Assembly: GCA_026770705.1 (NCBI GenBank)
Contig: JANJGN010000016.1
Coordinates: 86,676,001-86,740,000 of the forward strand
Direction of reading: 5' to 3'
Source: Isurus oxyrinchus
Lineage: Eukaryota
DNA length: 64,000 bases
Shown: positions 28,319 to 38,700 of the stretch, piece after piece
How positions within the stretch are numbered: the first letter of the stretch is position 1
Layout: each line of letters opens with the position of its first letter
The notes under the pieces: generated by a model
Databases searched by the model: none
The model's input: the letters and a program-made list of their open reading frames with translations, nothing else
What the model was told of the DNA's origin: nothing
Position numbers and translations under genes: made by a program

Positions 28319-28649
28319 GGAACGAGGTTACTGTCCATTCTCTTCACCTGTGCTGCAGTTTGGTGCAGACAAACCTGTTGCTCTGTGGATCCCTGGTTAA
28401 TGCAGTCCCCTTGCTCCCTGACTTGCAGCCTCTCTCAATCCACACCACCACTTCTTCCCTGTAGGGAATGGGATTGAGCCAGTAACCCAGAGTGAATGAG
28501 TTCAAATCCCAGGATGGGAAATAGTGAAATGGAATTGGATAAATCTGATCATTTGTGTTCTGGCTGCAGAAATTGTCCATAAATCCTGCTGGATTGCTAT
28601 AAAACACAAGGGACTCAGTGAGGGAAGCTGCCGGTCTCACCCTCTCACT

Positions 28650-28892
28650 CTCTACCCTGTCAATCACTTTAAGAATTTTATATATTTCAATGGGATCACC
28701 TCTCATTCTTCTAAACTCCAGGGAATAATGTCCCAGTCTACTCAATCTCTCCTCATCGGACAATCCCCTCATCCCAGGAATCACTCTGGGGAATCTCTGC
28801 TGCACTCCTTCCAAGGCTGGTATATCCTTCCTTAGGTAAGGAGACAGAATCTGTACACAGTAATCCAGGTGTGGTCTCACCGAGGTCCGATA
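28650..28892 (-). mobile_element. CR1-type LINE fragment (ORF2 C-terminal region)
   Basis: Minus-strand translation YRTSVRPHLDYCVQILSPYLRKDIPALEGVQQRFPRVIPGMRGLSDEERLSRLGHYSLEFRRMRGDPIEIYKIL matches the typical CR1 ORF2 C-terminus. Confidence 0.92.
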
Positions 28893-28923
28893 GACACTGA
28901 CAGGTACAGGAGCTGACACACAG

Positions 28924-28992
28924 TCTCTCTCTCTCACACTAACCCATCCCCTCTCTCTCACTCTCTCTCTCTCTCTCTCTCTCTCAATCTCT
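28924..28992. repeat. (CT)n microsatellite
   Basis: ctctctctct run is visible. Confidence 0.85.
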
Positions 28993-29619
28993 ATCCTGCC
29001 TTGTCCCTCTGTAGATGTTCTCTGGGTGTGAGTGTGTAATATAAGGGGGTGTTTGTCAGTATATTTTCGATGCTCTATGGTTTCTGAGCATGGTGGGAGG
29101 GGATCAGGGCTCTGTTCTTTGACGTGACGCAGTGATGTCTGTCCCAGTGTCTCAGACTGTGATGCTGTTGTTTTCTGTGACTGACGCTATGATATTGATT
29201 GTAATCTCACTCAGTGTGACACGAGGTTACATGTCTTGTTCAGTGGTGAGGGAGGAGCAGACTGAACAAGGAGCTGCAATCATCAGTCACTGCCGAAATC
29301 CTTCACACAGCCCGCACACTCCGCAAACTTCTTCACTAAATATTCTTTCAGCTCCTTAATGAGAGGCCTGGAGCTGAAAAGGGAAAAAGAGAAAGACATC
29401 TTTTCGAGAGGCTCATGGACACAATGTACACTGTACATTACCCACTAATGACACTCTGTCTACATTTAACTCATTGTTTAAGCTCCAGCCCACCTCCTGT
29501 TCCCATCCATATGTTTCAGTCAAGGAGCCTGATAAGCCTCTAGCACAGGAGGAGGCCATTCAGCCCCTTGTGTCTGTGCTAGCTGTGCACTCGGATCATT
29601 CAGAACTAACCTCTCAGTT

Positions 29620-30090
29620 TAATGTCTGTAATGGGGAAGTGACTGGAACCTGTTATTAGAGACAGAATGAGTGATAAATATGAACTGATCAGAGAGAGTC
29701 AGCATGGATTTAAAAAGGATCAGACATCTTTAACTAACCTGGTTACATTTTTTAAGGAGGTCACTAATGTGGTAGATTCGGGAATGTATATGGAAGTGAT
29801 TGATATGGATTTCCAGAAGACATTCGAGAAAATTCAACATGAGAGACTGTGAATAAAAATGGAAGCAGATGGAATTTGAGGAAAACTGTTGCCATGGATG
29901 AGGAACTGGTTAGGAGGCAGGAGACAGAGAGAAGGGATAATGTGTATGTGCTCCAATGAGCAAGATGTGAATAGTGATGTCCCCAGGGATCTGTGCTGGA
30001 GCCTCAGCTTTTCACAATATTTATCAATGATTTGGATGAAGAAATAGAGAGCCATATATCCAAGATTGCTGTCGACACTAAGTTAGGCGG
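29620..30090 (+). mobile_element. CR1 LINE reverse transcriptase fragment (degenerate)
   Basis: LIRESQHGF...LTNLVTFFKEVT...MDFQKTFEKIQHERL, followed by VPQGSVL-like and (F)ADDTKLGG-like (caagattgctgtcgacactaagttaggcgg) segments with frameshifts. Confidence 0.9.
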
Positions 30091-30570
30091 CTTGGAGGAG
30101 GTTACAGAGATGGGGAGTGTCGAGGACTGAGAGGGATTTGAGAACAAGGATGAGAATTTTAAAATCGAGACATTGCTGGGCTGGGAGGTCAGTGAGCACA
30201 GGGGGTGATGGGTGAACGGGACTTGGTGTGAGTTCAGATCCGGGCAGCAGAGTTTGGGATGAGCTCATGTTTACGGAGTTTGGAAGGTGTGACTCCGGCC
30301 AGGGCAGCATTGGAATCGTCACGTTTCAGGGAACAAAGACATGGAGGAGATTCTCAGCAGCAGATGGTCTGAGGCAGGCCGGACTCGGGCGATGTTACCG
30401 AGGTGGAAATAGGCTTTCTTAGTGATGGAGCGGATGATGTGGTCAGAAGCTCATCTCAGGTTCAAACTGGACACCATGGCTGTGAACTGTGTGGTTCAGT
30501 GTCAGACAGACCCAGGGAGAGGGATGGAATCGGTGATGAGGGAACAGAGTTTGTGATGGGGACTGAAGAC
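30091..30570 (-). mobile_element. L2-type LINE fragment nested in CR1
   Basis: Minus-strand translation PVLTDL...LDFKILILVLKSL...PHLCNLLQ resembles the L2 copy at 37651-38235. Confidence 0.75.
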
Positions 30571-30690
30571 AATGGCAAATGGAGCTCAACGTGGGGAGTG
30601 TGAAATCATCCACTTTGGACCGAAGAAAGATGGATCAGAGTAATTTGTAAATGATGAGATGCTGGCAGCTGTGGAGGAGCAGAAAGATGA
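30571..30690 (+). mobile_element. CR1 RT fragment resuming after the L2 insertion
   Basis: tggcaaatggagctcaacgtg...tgtgaaatcatccactttgga encodes a WQMEFNV..CEIIHFG-like motif that lies downstream of FADDTKL in CR1. Confidence 0.7.
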
Positions 30691-30954
30691 GGCCAAGGTT
30701 GTGAAGAGTCTGGTTCAGCAGCAGACAGTGCTCAGGGAGAGGGATGGAGTTTGTATCGGGAGCTGAAGACGATGGCTTTGATCTTCCCAATGTGTTTCCC
30801 AGTGAGCCTGCCTCCTCAGTCCTGACTGCTCTTAGCTGCTGTGCTTTTCACTGATCGGACAGTTATTATTACAGATTCAGACCACAGCAGAAACCCCCAG
30901 TGTAAAAAATAACTGCAAAGATTGTCCGATCGCAAGACTGAAACGTAACCAAGA

Positions 30955-30986
30955 GAGGAAGTGAAAGAAGGAGCTCAGAGCAGCTG
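30955..30986 (+). promoter_or_regulatory. Ets-IRF composite element (GAGGAAGTGAAA) plus E-box CAGCTG; candidate B-cell enhancer
   Basis: GGAAnnGAAA at 30957-30966 and CAGCTG at 30981-30986, in apparently non-repeat sequence 4.7 kb upstream of the C exon. Motif evidence only. Confidence 0.4.
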
Positions 30987-31035
30987 GATGTTTGTTACTG
31001 ACACGGGAGAAAACTGTGAACCGTGTCCACTACCT

Positions 31036-31170
31036 AGAATCTTACAGCACAGAAGGAGGCCATTCAGCCCATCCTGCCTGTGAGTTACCCAGTGAGTCCC
31101 ACTCCCCCTCTCTATCCCCATAACCCAGCAAATCTTTCCTTTTCAGGGAGATTTCCAATTCCCTCTTGTA
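31036..31170 (-). mobile_element. CR1 3' terminal fragment
   Basis: tagaatcttacagcacagaaggaggccattcagccc is the reverse of a CR1 3' tail (gggctgaatggcctccttctgtgctgtaagattcta). Confidence 0.75.
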
Positions 31171-31351
31171 GACCTGGGTCCACAGCTTGAGACTGTCCCG
31201 AACCTGGGCTCGAAATTGGCATCTCATTCATTCATTGGAAGACAAAATGCCCGGAGTGGGAAATGGAGCTCAGAACTCCAAACATTCCCTCTCCCCTCCT
31301 GAGGGACACTTCATGCTGGGATACATTTCGATGGAATCCGGGAACACAACA

Positions 31352-31500
31352 CGGGGGAGGCTGTGGGGTAGCAGCAATGTTACTGGACCAGTAATCCAGA
31401 GGCCCAGGGTAATGCTCTGGGGTAACACCTTCAAATCCCACCCCGGCAGCTGTTGGAATTTAAATTGAATTAATAAATCCAGAATTAAAAGTTAGTCTCC
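31352..31500 (+). mobile_element. tRNA-derived SINE 5' fragment
   Basis: Degenerate A-box/B-box-like head (gtagcagcaatgttactggaccagtaatccagagg ... ttcaaatcccacc) followed by the AT-rich body typical of elasmobranch SINEs. A related fragment lies at ~28480-28640. Confidence 0.6.
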
Positions 31501-31530
31501 GTCTGCAGCAGAACACAGAGGTAGGGATGA

Positions 31531-32395
31531 GCGTCACTCTCTGTCTCTCTCTCCCTACCTCTGTCTGTCTGTGTCCGTCACTCTCTGTCTCTCTCTCCCT
31601 ACCTCTGTCTGTCTCTGTCCGTCACTCTCTGTCTCTCACTCCCTACCTCTGTCTGTCTCTGTCCGTCACTCTCTGTCTCTCTCTCCCTACCTCTGTCTGT
31701 CTCTGTCCGTCACTCTCTGTCTCTCTCTCCCTACCTCTGTCTGTCTCTGTCCGTCACTCTCTGTCTCTCTCTCCCTACCTCTGTCTGTCTCTGTCCGTCA
31801 CTCTCTGTCTCTCACTCCCTACCTCTGTCTGTCTCTGTCCGTCACTCTCTGTCTCTCTCTCCCTACCTCTGTCTGTCTCTGTCCGTCACTCTCTGTCTCT
31901 CTCTCCCTACCTCTGTCTGTCTCTGTCCGTCACTCTCTGTCTCTCACTCCCTACCTCTGTCTGTCTCTGTCCGTCACTCTCTGTCTCTCTCTCCCTACCT
32001 CTGTCTGTCTCTGTCCGTCACTCTCTGTCTCTCTCTCCCTACCTCTGTCTGTCTCTGTCCGTCACTCTCTGTCTCTCTCTCCCTACCTCTGTCTGTCTCT
32101 GTCCGTCACTCTCTGTCTCTCTCTCCCTACCTCTGTCTGTCTCTGTCTGTCACTCTCTGTCTCTCTCTCCCTACCTCTGTCTGTCTCTGTCCGTCACTCT
32201 CTGTCTCTCTCTCCCTACCTCTGTCTGTCTCTGTCCATCACTCTCTGTCTCTCACTCCCTACCTCTGTCTGTCTCTGTCCGTCACTCTCTGTCTCTCTCT
32301 CCCTACCTCTGTCTGTCTCTGTCCGTCACTCTCTGTCTCTCACTCCCTACCTCTGTCTGTCTCTGTCCGTCACTCTCTGTCTCTCTCTCCCCCTC
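31531..32395. repeat. 44-bp pyrimidine-rich minisatellite (~19-20 copies) CCGTCACTCTCTGTCTCTCTCTCCCTACCTCTGTCTGTCTCTGT
   Basis: Units start at 31751 and 31795 (period 44); copies are nearly identical. Confidence 0.96.
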
Positions 32396-32451
32396 TCTCT
32401 TTGCCTGTCTCCTTGTCTTGTTCTTCTTGTTTCCCTCTCCTTGTTTGATCT

Positions 32452-32594
32452 NNNNNNNNNNNNNNNNNNNNNNNNNNNNNNNNNNNNNNNNNNNNNNNNN
32501 NNNNNNNNNNNNNNNNNNNNNNNNNNNNNNNNNNNNNNNNNNNNNNNNNNNNNNNNNNNNNNNNNNNNNNNNNNNNNNNNNNNNNNNNNNNNNN
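32452..32594. other. Assembly gap (143 N)
   Basis: Run of N. Confidence 1.
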
Positions 32595-32659
32595 AACCCC
32601 GAACTGGAACTGTATAAATCATTAGTTAAATTCATAGTGACTGGGAGAAAGATTAGATG

Positions 32660-32886
32660 GGAGATGAGGCTCTGGAACTCACGGCCTGAAAGGGTCACAG
32701 AGGCAGGAACTATCAACCCATTTAAAAGGTGTCTGGATATGAACCTCAAGAGCCTTAACCTGGAGGACTACAGACCAAATGCTGATAAGTGGGATTCGGC
32801 CAGACGGCTCGTATTTCAGTGGCACAGACATGATGGGCCGAGTGGTCTCTTTCTGTGCCAGAAACTTTCTATCATTTTATTCTATG
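32660..32886 (+). mobile_element. CR1 LINE 3' end
   Basis: MRLWNSRPERVTEAGTINPFKRCLD, then a tail of the gatgggccgagtggtctctttctgtgcc...ttctatga type. Confidence 0.8.
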
Positions 32887-33129
32887 ACACCCAATCTGAA
32901 TCCTTTCTGAAGTGGGTTGATCCAAGTGTGCTCCAACATTCTGGGATAAAGTTCTCTCGATGTGTGTGTGATCTGAGGATTGTTAATGTGAACCTGTTTC
33001 CCCCGGACAGGCTGATCAATAGTCAGAGCTTCCTGACAGCTTAACAGTGTCTTCGAGGGACACTGAGTCTTTAAACACTCTTACTATTAACCATTTCAGT
33101 GCTGAATTTGTGGTAACCCTCTTTACAAA

Positions 33130-33468
33130 TGTCTAAGTAACAGCCCAATATGATTTAACCAGCTTAACATCAAACATTTACCTCCTCCCGCTCAATTAAT
33201 TTGAAACACAACTTGCCCCTTTCCCTGGGATCCCATGAATTTTTAATTTTCTGACCAGTCTGTCATGTGGAACCTTGTCAGAAGTCTTGCTAAAATCCAA
33301 ATAGACCACATCAAACTCGGTCCCCTCATCAATCCTCCTTGTTACCTCCTCAAAAAATTCAAGCAACTTAGTCAGACACGGCCTTCCCTTAACAAGTCCA
33401 TGTTGACTGTCCTTGGTCGTATCTTTCTCAAAGATGTTTAAAATTTCCCTCAGAATATTTTCCAACAA
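33130..33468 (-). mobile_element. CR1 RT fragment
   Basis: SQHGLVKGRPCLTKLLEFFEEVTRRIDEGTEFDVVYLDFSKTSDKVPHDRL. Confidence 0.92.
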
Positions 33469-33764
33469 TTAATATTTCCTCTCTCACTTTGGCCAGAATT
33501 TTCCGGCCCCATTGGTGTCAGGTGTCATGGTGAGCAGTGGGAATAATATGGTGAGACAGCCAAAAATCTGAAACTAATGGCCCTCCTGTGGCCAGAGCGG
33601 GGTTAGAGGACATCAGGATGGGCCTCCACAGTGTCCAGAAGGCAAAACAGGAATGCCTCACTGAATCGGGGGCTGCACTCTGCTTGGTTTTTGGGGCCAA
33701 GTCTTCACCGGAGCAGCCCCAGGCTGCAAGCATTGAGAAATGTGCGCACGGCTGCAGTTTAAAT

Positions 33765-34735
33765 ACAGTGTCCAGCTTCTTCAGTGTTGTTGGAGATGCA
33801 CTCATCCAGGCAAGTGGAGAGTACTCCAACACATTCCTGACTTGTGCTTTGTAGATGGTGGACAGGCTTTGGAGAGTCAGGAGGTGAGTTACTTGTCACA
33901 TGATTCCTAGCCTCTGACCTGCTCTTGTAGCCACAGTATTTATATGGCTAGTCCAGTTCAGTTTCTGCTCAATGGTAACCCCCAGGACGTTGATAGTGGG
34001 GGATTCAGTGATGGTAATGCCATTGAACATCAAGGGGCGATGGTTGGGTTCTCTCTTGTTGGAGATGGTCACTGCCTGGCACTTGTGTGGCATGTATGTT
34101 ACTTGCCACTTGTCAGCCCAAGCCTGGATATTGTCCAGGTCTTGCTGCATTTGTACAGGGACTGCTCCAGTATCTGAGGTGCTGAACATTGTGCAATTAT
34201 CAGCGAACACACTGACTTCTGACCTTATGATGGAAGGAAGGTCATTGATGAAGCAGCTGAAGATGGTTGGGCTGAGGACACTACCCTGAGGAACTCCTGC
34301 AGTGATGTCCTGGAGCTGAGATGACTGACCTCCAACAACCACAACCATCTTCCTTTCTGCTAGGTATGACTCCAACCCACAGAGAGTTTTCCCCCGATTC
34401 CCTCTGACTCCAGTTTTGCTTGGGTCCTTGACACCACACTCAGTCAAATGCAGCCTTGATGTCTACGACAGTCACTGTCTCCTCACCTCGGGAGTTCAGC
34501 TCCACTGTCCATGTCTGAATTGAGGCTGTAATGAGGTCAGGAGCTGAGTGGCCCTGGCAGAACCCAAACTGGGCCTTAGTGAGCAGGCTATTGCTGAGCA
34601 AGTACCACCTGATAGCACAGTTGATGACCCCTTACATCACTTACTGATGATGGAGAGTAGACTGATGGGGCGGTAATTGGCCAGGTTGGATTTGTCCTGC
34701 TTTTTGTGTACAGGACATACTTGGGCAATTTTCCA
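33765..34735 (-). mobile_element. CR1-clade LINE ORF2 (RT) fragment, second family
   Basis: GVPQGSVLSPTIFSCFINDL...VFADNCT...QQDLDNIQAWADKWQV; EYSPLAWMSASPTTLKKLD. Confidence 0.92.
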
Positions 34736-34749
34736 GGTGTTGCTGTGTG

Positions 34750-35225
34750 CCACACAGCAATATGGTTGGCTCTTTACTGCCCTCTGAAGTGGCCCAGCCA
34801 CCACTCAGTTGTAAGAAACTTCTACATAGTCACAAAAAAGGAATGAAACTGGATGGACCACCCGGTATCTACTTAGGCACCGGAAACAACAACGGCAATC
34901 TCAGCCCCGTTGACCCTGCAAAGTCCCCCTTACTAACAACTGGGGGCTAGTGCCAAACGTGGGAGAACTGTCTCACGGACCAGTCAAGCAACAGCTTGAC
35001 AAGTCATCCTCACAGAATCATACCTTACAGATAATGACCCAGACACCACCATCACCATCCCCGGGTATGTCCTGTCCCACTGGCAGGACAGACCCAGCAC
35101 AGGTGGCAACACATTTGCATACAGTCAGTGGGGAGTTGCACTGGGAGTCCTCAAAATCCACTCCGGACCCCATGAAGTCTCATGGCATCAGGTCAAACAC
35201 AGAGAAGGAAACCTCCTCCTGATTA
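34750..35225 (+). mobile_element. LINE 5'/endonuclease-region fragment, opposite orientation to the adjacent RT piece
   Basis: Degenerate APE N-terminal motifs across frames (ELSHGPVKQQLD; ILTESYL; IPGYVLSHWQDRP). Confidence 0.65.
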
Positions 35226-35289
35226 TTTTTATCCCATCCAATATTTCACAATTCTCCATGAAAACCTCCCACTGCTCTGACACTGATTT

Positions 35290-35630
35290 TCCTTCATGTT
35301 GCTGTTTCCTGTCCATTTCGGCAAATCGCAGCTGAGATAAATTGGCCTTTCCCTAATTTATAACTTTTACATTTGGTCTATCTTTATCCTTTTCCATAAC
35401 TGCTCTAAATCTAACTGAATTATGATCACTATTAGCCAAATACTCGCCCATGATACACCTTCCACCTCCCCAGATTCATTCCCTGAAATTGTCTAAAACT
35501 GCCCCTTCTCTGTTGAGTTTGTTACATTTGGGCTAAAAGAATTCACTTGGATGGATTATAAGAATTTTGCATCATCTATACATTTACACAGATTTGATCC
35601 CAGTTAATATTCGGGAAGTTGAAATTCATT
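35290..35630 (-). mobile_element. CR1 endonuclease fragment immediately upstream of the Ig splice acceptor
   Basis: Reverse of cccagttaatattcgggaagttgaaat reads FNFPNINW (GDFNFP.INW motif of CR1 APE). Confidence 0.7.
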
Positions 35631-35669
35631 ATAATGACAGTGATTAAACTTCCTTCTCTTCTCTTTCAG

Positions 35670-35998
35670 GCAGAGAGAAGTCACCACCCACAGTGACCCT
35701 GCTGCCCCCCTCCCCAGAGGAGATCAAGACCAAGGGCACTGCCACCCTGGTGTGCCTTGCCAATCACTTCTATCCCGATGAGGTGAAGGTGGAGTGGAAG
35801 AAGGACGGTGCAGCTATTTCGGACGGGGTTCAGACCAGCAACTACCTGCGAGCTTCAGACAGCACCTACAGCATCAGCAGCCTGCTGACCCTCTCTGGCT
35901 CCGGCTGGGAGTCCAACGCCAGCTTCTCCTGTGTCGTCACCCACGAGAGTCTTTCCTCTCCCCTCAGCAAGAGCATCAGGAGATCAGAATGTGCGTAG
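35670..35998 (+). CDS. IGKC: Immunoglobulin light chain constant-region exon, kappa class (shark type III/NS4-like)
   Basis: Polypyrimidine tract plus TTTCAG|GC acceptor (AG 35668-35669, phase 1, as expected for J-C splicing). Translation (x)REKSPPTVTLLPPSPEEIKTKGTATLVCLANHFYPDEVKVEWKKDG...DSTYSISSLLTLSGSGWESNASFSCVVTHESLSSPLSKSIRRSECA* has both C1-set Cys, the core Trp, FYP, TYS.SS.LTL and a penultimate Cys for the H-L disulfide. Kappa assignment is from recalled similarity to shark NS4/type III C domains. Confidence 0.93.
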
Positions 35999-36159
35999 AG
36001 TGTTAGAGACAGTCCACAGAGGAGATACAACTTTAAATAGAACAGGGGTGAGCTGGGAGGGCAAAGGTCATTGTCAGCACCAAATTACAACTCTCTTCCT
36101 TCTCAGGACTGGCTCTGAGACACTTCTGAGGGTCAGGGGTTAATGCACATTATTGGTGC

Positions 36160-36226
36160 AGCGTACAGGGATCTTTACTCTGTATCTAACCCCGTGCTGT
36201 ACCTGTCCTGGGAGTGTTTGATGGGT
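36160..36226 (+). repeat. Short interspersed-repeat fragment in the putative 3' UTR
   Basis: agggatctttactctgtatctaaccccgtgctgtacctgtcctgggagtgtttgatggg resembles a very common elasmobranch repeat tail (from recall). Confidence 0.6.
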
Positions 36227-36428
36227 CAGTTTAATCTCGTGACGCTAAGTTAAACCTCTCTAAGATGCTGAAGACTGTCAGCTGTACAAAAATAATGTGA
36301 CCCTCCGAAGTGTCTGCTTCAGTAAACCAGACCCCTTCCTGCTCACCCTGCAGTTACAATTTAAGGTTTAGTCACTGTTTAGAGGGGCAGGATTCTCATG
36401 TTCTGGAGAAAATCTCCACAAGCGTTTT

Positions 36429-36529
36429 AATAAACCTCCATTCTCCCTGTGAATTTCTCCAGCTCCCTCTGGCTGGGCTGTTTATTCAAGTCTTTTTTCT
36501 GTAAATGTCAATGTGTAAAAGGTAATAAA
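36429..36529 (+). terminator. Polyadenylation signals for the IgL transcript
   Basis: AATAAA at 36429-36434 and 36524-36529; the second is followed by GT/T-rich sequence (gtctctgtctggtgagtgcttt). Confidence 0.65.
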
Positions 36530-36789
36530 CATTAAGAATATTCAGTCTCTGTCTGGTGAGTGCTTTGGAAATGTCCCACCTCCCCATCAGCTGATTGGCT
36601 GCATTTCAGCAAGTGATTGTCCTGATTGGCTGGTTCGCCTGTCAATCAATGACACATCTGCAGCAGATTTGTTTCAAAGCCAAGTATCAATCATTTTAAA
36701 ATGATCAGTTTTATTCCGAATCTCTTGAATTTACAAGATTAAAAACACAAAAGAATCTGGTAATTGCTGGGAAAAAGTCATCACAACCA

Positions 36790-38240
36790 CAATTCCCCAA
36801 ACCATATTCACGACCTCCCCGTGACCTTCCCATCTCACGTGGTCTCGCTACTCCCATAGTTTCAATCACAGATAAGACCATCTCTGATCACTTCCTTGTA
36901 TCACTCCCCACCCACATCCCCTTTCCACAGCCCAACCCTACCCCCTTCTGTATCCATCCCTGGAAAAACCTATTCCCCAATTCACTTCCAACTGCACTTT
37001 CACAATCCCAACGATCTGGTCTCTGGCCCTCCGATCACCACAACATTTCTGCAGCTACTGATTTACACAACCTCACCCTCACCTCCACCTTTCATATCCT
37101 AGTCCCCAATAAAACCATTCCTCTCCCTCACCCTGGCCCTTCCCCCTGCTACCACCCTCATCTCCACTCACTCAATCCAAGGGAGGCAGACTTGAAACCG
37201 GTTTATCCATCACCGCCAGATCTGGCTGGACGCTCCAAACACTCCCGGCTCCTCCTCTCATCTGCTAAAACTGTCCCTGCTCCGTTACCTAGGGTGTCCC
37301 CCAAGGATCGATCCTTGGCCCCTCCTATTTCTCACCTACATGCTGCCCCTCGGACACATCATCCGAAAGCATAGCGTTAGTTTTCACATGTACGCTGAAG
37401 ACCCCCAGCTCTACCTCACCACCACCTCTCTCAACTCCTCCACTGTTGCTAAATTATCAGACTGCTTATCCCACATCCTGTACTGAGTGAACAGGAATTC
37501 CTCCAATTAAATATTGGGAAGGCTGAAGCCATTGTTTTCAGTCCCCACTCCAAACTCTGTTCTCTAACTCCTGACTCCATCCCTCTCCCCGGTAACAGTC
37601 TGAGATTAAACCCGTCTGTTCACAACCTTGGGGTCACATCTGACCCTGAGATGAGCTTCCGACCTCATATTCGTGTCATCACTAAGACCGCCTATTTCCA
37701 CCTCCATAACATCGCTCGACTTCACCCCAGTCTCAGCTCATCAGCTGCTGAAGCCCTCACCCATGCCTTGGTTACCTCTGGATGTGACTATTCCAATACA
37801 CTCCTGGCTGCTCTCCCACATTCTACCCTCCACAATCGTGGGGTCATCCAAAACTCTGCTGCCCGTGTCCTAACTCACAGTGAGTCCCGTTCCCCTGTCA
37901 CCCCTGTGCTCACTGACCGACATTGTTTCCTGGTCAAGCAACATCCTGATTTCCCAATTCCCATCCTTGTTTTCAATTCCCTCCATTGCCTCACCCCTCC
38001 CTATCTCTGGAATCTCCTCCAGCCCTACAACCCTCCGAGATATCTGCACTCCTCTAATCCTGGCCTCTGGTGGATTCCTAATCAGAATCGCTCCACCATT
38101 GGTGGCCCTGCCCTCAGCTGCCTGGGCCCCATGTCTGGAATTCCCTCCCTACACCTCTCCCCCTCTCTCCCTCACTTTCCTCCCTTAAGACACTCCTTAA
38201 AGTCAACATCTTTGGCCAAGCTTTTGGTCGTCTGATCCAT
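36790..38240 (+). mobile_element. L2-clade LINE, degenerate ORF2 with internal deletion
   Basis: GVPQGSILGPLLFLTYMLPL..IIRKH..FHMYAEDPQLYL; ITKTAYFHLHNIARL...HALVTS.CDYSNTLL...IQNSAARVLT. Confidence 0.92.
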
Positions 38241-38700
38241 TGGCCCAGAAATTCCGATCTCCGGTAGCCCGGAGGCACAGGCCAAGATGCACTGGGGAAC
38301 CCCTCGCAATTCCCTACACACTGATTACAAGGGAATTATACAGGAAGTCTGAACTTCCGATGGGAAATTACCCTGTGCCTGGATCCCTCTGAAACTCTGA
38401 CTTAAAGCCCGGAGACTTCCGATCATTCCAACTTACTGATTGGAAATGTTACCCGGGAAACGTTAGGAGGATTAAAACCAGTTCTAACTCCTGGGTAACT
38501 AGACAACTAAAACCCCCAACCCCCAAATATACCCAGGACAACCCCCTCCGCTACCCACCTGACCTGATGAATACCCCTGGTCCCCAATGACACCCGACCT
38601 GAACATCAGCCCGAATGCCCCTCCAGATTCCCCCCTACCTCCCCAATAGCCCCCCAAGCAGCCAAGAACCATCCAAATACAAGAACAACACCCCAGCCCT
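38241..38700. mobile_element. Probable non-autonomous DNA transposon end (Harbinger-like) grading into the C-rich array
   Basis: Begins GGCCCAGAAATT, similar to the reverse complement of the end at 49882-49894 (GGGCCCAGATTTT). It truncates the L2 tail. Confidence 0.4.

Noticed and set aside
29048-29090. J-type RSS from nonamer-like GGTGTTTGT
   Set aside because: No heptamer at 12 or 23 bp and no FGxG J motif follows.
31527-33044. 505-aa and 348-aa ORFs
   Set aside because: Translation of a pyrimidine minisatellite read through an N-gap into a CR1 fragment.
35693-35998. Stand-alone 101-aa gene starting at the ORF-track 'M'
   Set aside because: The start is a GTG (Val) inside the exon. The real 5' boundary is the splice acceptor at 35669/35670.
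35670-35998. TCR, MHC or Ig heavy-chain constant exon
   Set aside because: It ends in a stop codon two residues after S-E with a penultimate Cys (SECA*), has no downstream transmembrane or secretory-tail exon, and has polyA signals nearby: light-chain architecture.
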